64,000 nt of DNA. Source: Heptranchias perlo. Its lineage: Eukaryota. Below the pieces are notes generated by a model that was given only the letters and a program-made list of their open reading frames with translations, did not search any database and was not told where the DNA came from. Location: the NCBI RefSeq assembly GCF_035084215.1, contig NC_090329.1:41540001-41604000 (forward strand), read 5' to 3'. Position numbers and translations under genes: made by a program. Position 1 is the first letter of the stretch; each line of letters opens with the position of its first letter. Of this stretch, positions 60,957 to 64,000 are shown piece after piece.

Positions 60957-61889
60957 ATGGCAGCTGAGCTTGCACCTGTGATATGCTCCTTCTGCACTAT
61001 GGAGGAAGTCAGGGACACCACCAGTGTTCCTGGCGACCATGTGTGCAGGAAGTGTGTCCAGCTGCAGCTACTGATTAACCGCATTTCGGAGCTGGAGCTG
61101 GAGCTGCGGGTGGATCCACTGTGGAACATCCACAATGCTGAGATTATCGTGGATAGCACGTTCAGTGAGGTGGTCACACCGCAGGTAAAGATTACGCAGG
61201 CAGAAAGGAAATGGGTGACCGCCAGGCAGAGTAAAAGGACTAGTTAGGTAGAGCAGGAGTCCCCTGGGGCCATCTCCCTCTCAAACAGATATACTGCTTT
61301 GGATACTGTTGGGGAAGATGGCTTATCAGGGGAAAGCAGCAAAAGCCAAGTTCGTGGCACCATGGGTGGCTCTGCTGCACAGGATGGGAGGAAGAAGAGT
61401 GGCAGGGCTATAGTGATATGGGATTCAATTGTAAGGGGAACAGATAGGCGTTTCTGTGGTCGCAAACGTGGCTCCAGGATAGTATGTTGCCTCCCTGGTG
61501 CTAGGGTCAAGGATGTCACGGAGCGGCTGCAGGGCATTCTGGAGGGGGAGGGTGAACAGCCAGTAGTCGTGGTCCACATCGGTACCAACGACATAGGTAA
61601 CAAAAGGGATGACGTCCTGCAAGGTGAATTTAAGGAGTTAGGAGATAAAGTAAAAAGCAGGACCTCAAAGGTAGTGATCTCAGGATCAGTGCCACGTGCT
61701 AGTGAGTATAGACAGGATGAATGCGTGGCTGCAGGGATGGTTGTAGGAGGGATGGATTTAGATTCCTGGGACATTGGGACCGGTTCTGGGGAAGGTGGGA
61801 CCTGCACAAGCGGGACAGGTTACACCCGAGCAGGACCGGGACCAATGTCCTCACTGGGGTGTTTGCTAGTGCTGTTGGGGAAGGATTAA
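60957..61889 (+). pseudogene. CR1 ORF1 (zinc finger, coiled coil, SGNH esterase), with stop and frameshift
   Basis: MAAELAPVICSFCTM...HVCRKCVQLQLL..RISELE; IVIWDSIVRG, CCLPGARVKDV, VVVHIGTNDI. Confidence 0.9.
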
Positions 61890-62042
61890 ACTAGAATGGC
61901 AGGGGAATGGGAACCTGAGCAGGGAGACAGAGGAGGGGGAAACAAGGATAGAAACAAAAGACAGAAAGGGAAGAAGCAATAGTGGAAGGCCGAGAAAACA
62001 AGGGCTAAAAACAAATAGGGCCATAGTGCAAAATAAAACTAA

Positions 62043-63624
62043 GATGACCAGCAATCTTAAAAAGACAAGTCTAAAGGCATTGTGTCTTAATGCGCGGAGC
62101 ATTTGCAATAAGGCAGATGAATTAACAACGCAGATAGATATTAACGGTCATGATATAATTGCGATTACGGAGACATGGCTGCAGGGTGACCAAGGATGGG
62201 AACTGAACATCCAGGGGTATTCAATATTTAGGAAGGACAGGCAAAAAGGGAAAGGAGGTGGGGTAGCGTTGTTAGTAAAGGAGGAAATCAATGCAATAGT
62301 GAGGAAGGATATTGGCTCAGAAAATCACGATGTGGAATCTGTATGAGTGGAGCTAAGAAACACCAAGGGGCAGAAAATGTTCTGTCTATAGGCCCCCAAA
62401 CAGTAGTGGAGATGTAGGGGAGGGCATTAAACAGGAAATTAGAGACACATGCAAGAATGGAACAACTATAATCACGGGTGACTTTAATTTACATATAGAT
62501 TAGTCAAACCAAATTAGCAATAATACTGTGGGGGAGGAATTCCTGGAGTGTGTACGTTATGGATTTCTAGACCAACACATTGAGGAACCAACAAAAGAAC
62601 AGGCGATCCTAGACTGGGTATTATGCAATGAGAAAGGATTAATTAACAATCTTGTTGTGCAGGGTCCCTTAGGGAAGACCGACCATAACATGATAGAATT
62701 CCTCATTAAGATGGAGAGTGAAGTAGTTGAATCCGAAACTAGGGTCCTGAATCTAAATAAAAGAAATTACGAAAGTATGAGGTGCAAGTTGGCTATGATA
62801 GATTGGGGAATTTTACTAAAAGGGATGACGGCGGATAGGCAATGGCTAATATTTAAAGAATGTGTGCAGGAATTACAACAATTATTCATTCCTGTCTGGC
62901 ACAAAAATAAAACAGGAAAGGTGGCTTAACTGTGGTTTTTAAAAGAAATTAGGGGTAGTATTAGATCCAAAGAGGAGACATATAAAATTGCCAGAAAAAG
63001 CGGCAAGCCTGAGGATTGGGAACAGTTTAGAATTCAGCAAAGGAGGACAAAGAGATTGATTAAGAGGGGAAAATAGAGTATGAGAGTAAACTAGCAGGGA
63101 ACATAAAAACTGACTGGAAAAGCTTCTATAAATATGTCAAGAGAAAAAGATTAGTGAAGACAAATGGAGGTCCCTTACAGTCAGAAATGGGGGAAATTAT
63201 AATGGGGAGCAAAGAAATTGGCAGAACAATTAAACACATACTTTGGTTCTGTCTTCACAAAGGAGGACACAAATAACCTGCCAGAAATGTTAGGGAACCA
63301 AGGGTCCAGTGAGAGGGAGGAACTGAAGGAAACCAGTATTAGTATAAAAATAGTGCTCGGGAAATTAATGGGACTAAAGGCTGACAAATCCCCAGGGCCT
63401 GAGAATCGACATCCCAGAGTACTAAAGGAAGTGGCCCTGGAAATAGTGGATGCATTGGTGATCATCTTCCAAAATTCTATAGACTCTGGAACAATTCTTA
63501 CAGATTGGAGGGTGGCAAATGTAACCCCACTATTTAAAAAAGGAGAGAAAAAACTGGGAATTACAGACCAGTCAGCCTAACATCAATAGTGGGGAAAATG
63601 CTAGAGTCTATTATAAAAGATGTG
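62043..63624 (+). pseudogene. CR1 ORF2 N-terminal part (APE endonuclease), disrupted
   Basis: LCLNARSI.NK, DIIAITETWL, RKDRQKGKGGGVALLV, EPT...AILDWV, LGKTDHN, LKADKSPGP, DWRVANVTPLFKKG. Confidence 0.92.
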
Positions 63625-64000
63625 GGGCTCGATATTGCCAGGGCTGCGGGTTCGCGGCAGGGGGGCTATTGGGTGAAATCAGTCTGCCCCGTGCGCGATC
63701 GCAGCCTAATTGGATCCACTTACCTGTTCTTCCGGGTTCCCCACTGCTGATCTGTGCGTCGGGCGGGCTGCGCATGCGCAGTAAGGTCTGTCAGCTCGAG
63801 GAGCTCTATTTAAAGGGGCAGTCCTCCACTGACAGATGCTGCAACAAATAGGAAAAATTACAGCATGGAGCAGCCCAGGGGGAAGGCTGCTCCCAGGTTT
63901 AATGATGCCTCACTCCAGGTATCATTAGATGGGGTGAGGAGGAGGGGGAGGACAGAGATCTTCCCCCCGGTGGGCGGGAGGAAGCGGCCTGCCTCTGCCA
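63625..64000 (+). mobile_element. Harbinger copy 5, Myb-side end, runs off the window
   Basis: TIR gggctcgatatt; ATG at 63865, MEQPRGKAAPRFNDASLQVSLDGVRRR...GRKRPASA. Confidence 0.92.

Larger units (their letters stand above)
60713..63624 (+). mobile_element. CR1 LINE 5' half: 5'UTR, ORF1 and ORF2 endonuclease/tether
   Basis: ORF1 then ORF2 in the expected order; ends at ...MLESIIKDV where a Harbinger begins. Confidence 0.95.

Overview
Repeat-dense eukaryotic DNA, most likely from a cartilaginous fish (shark). This is inferred from the mix of CR1/HER1-type LINEs, DeuSINE and LF-SINE-like elements, Penelope-type hammerhead repeats and abundant Harbinger transposons. I found no convincing host protein-coding exon, and all recognisable ORFs are decayed transposon genes. 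The window holds five two-gene PIF/Harbinger copies or fragments (spliced Myb/SANT gene convergent with a HARBI1-like DDE nuclease), three older Harbinger relics and many Harbinger-type MITEs. It also holds about ten CR1 pieces, including a 5'-complete copy with ORF1 (zinc finger + SGNH esterase), and a second LINE family (EN+RT, no ORF1 visible) whose 5' region and 3' tail both reappear in a tRNA-headed SINE. The most unusual observations are: (1) a CR1 locus that looks circularly permuted, with a fold-back hairpin at one junction and a 52/51-bp monomer array at the 3'-5' join; (2) a 2.2-kb polarised minisatellite grown inside a small MITE; (3) a hammerhead-bearing Penelope-type mini-insertion with perfect 47-bp inverted arms; (4) multi-level nested insertions. 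Family names come from recalled motifs, not database searches, and boundaries were placed by eye.
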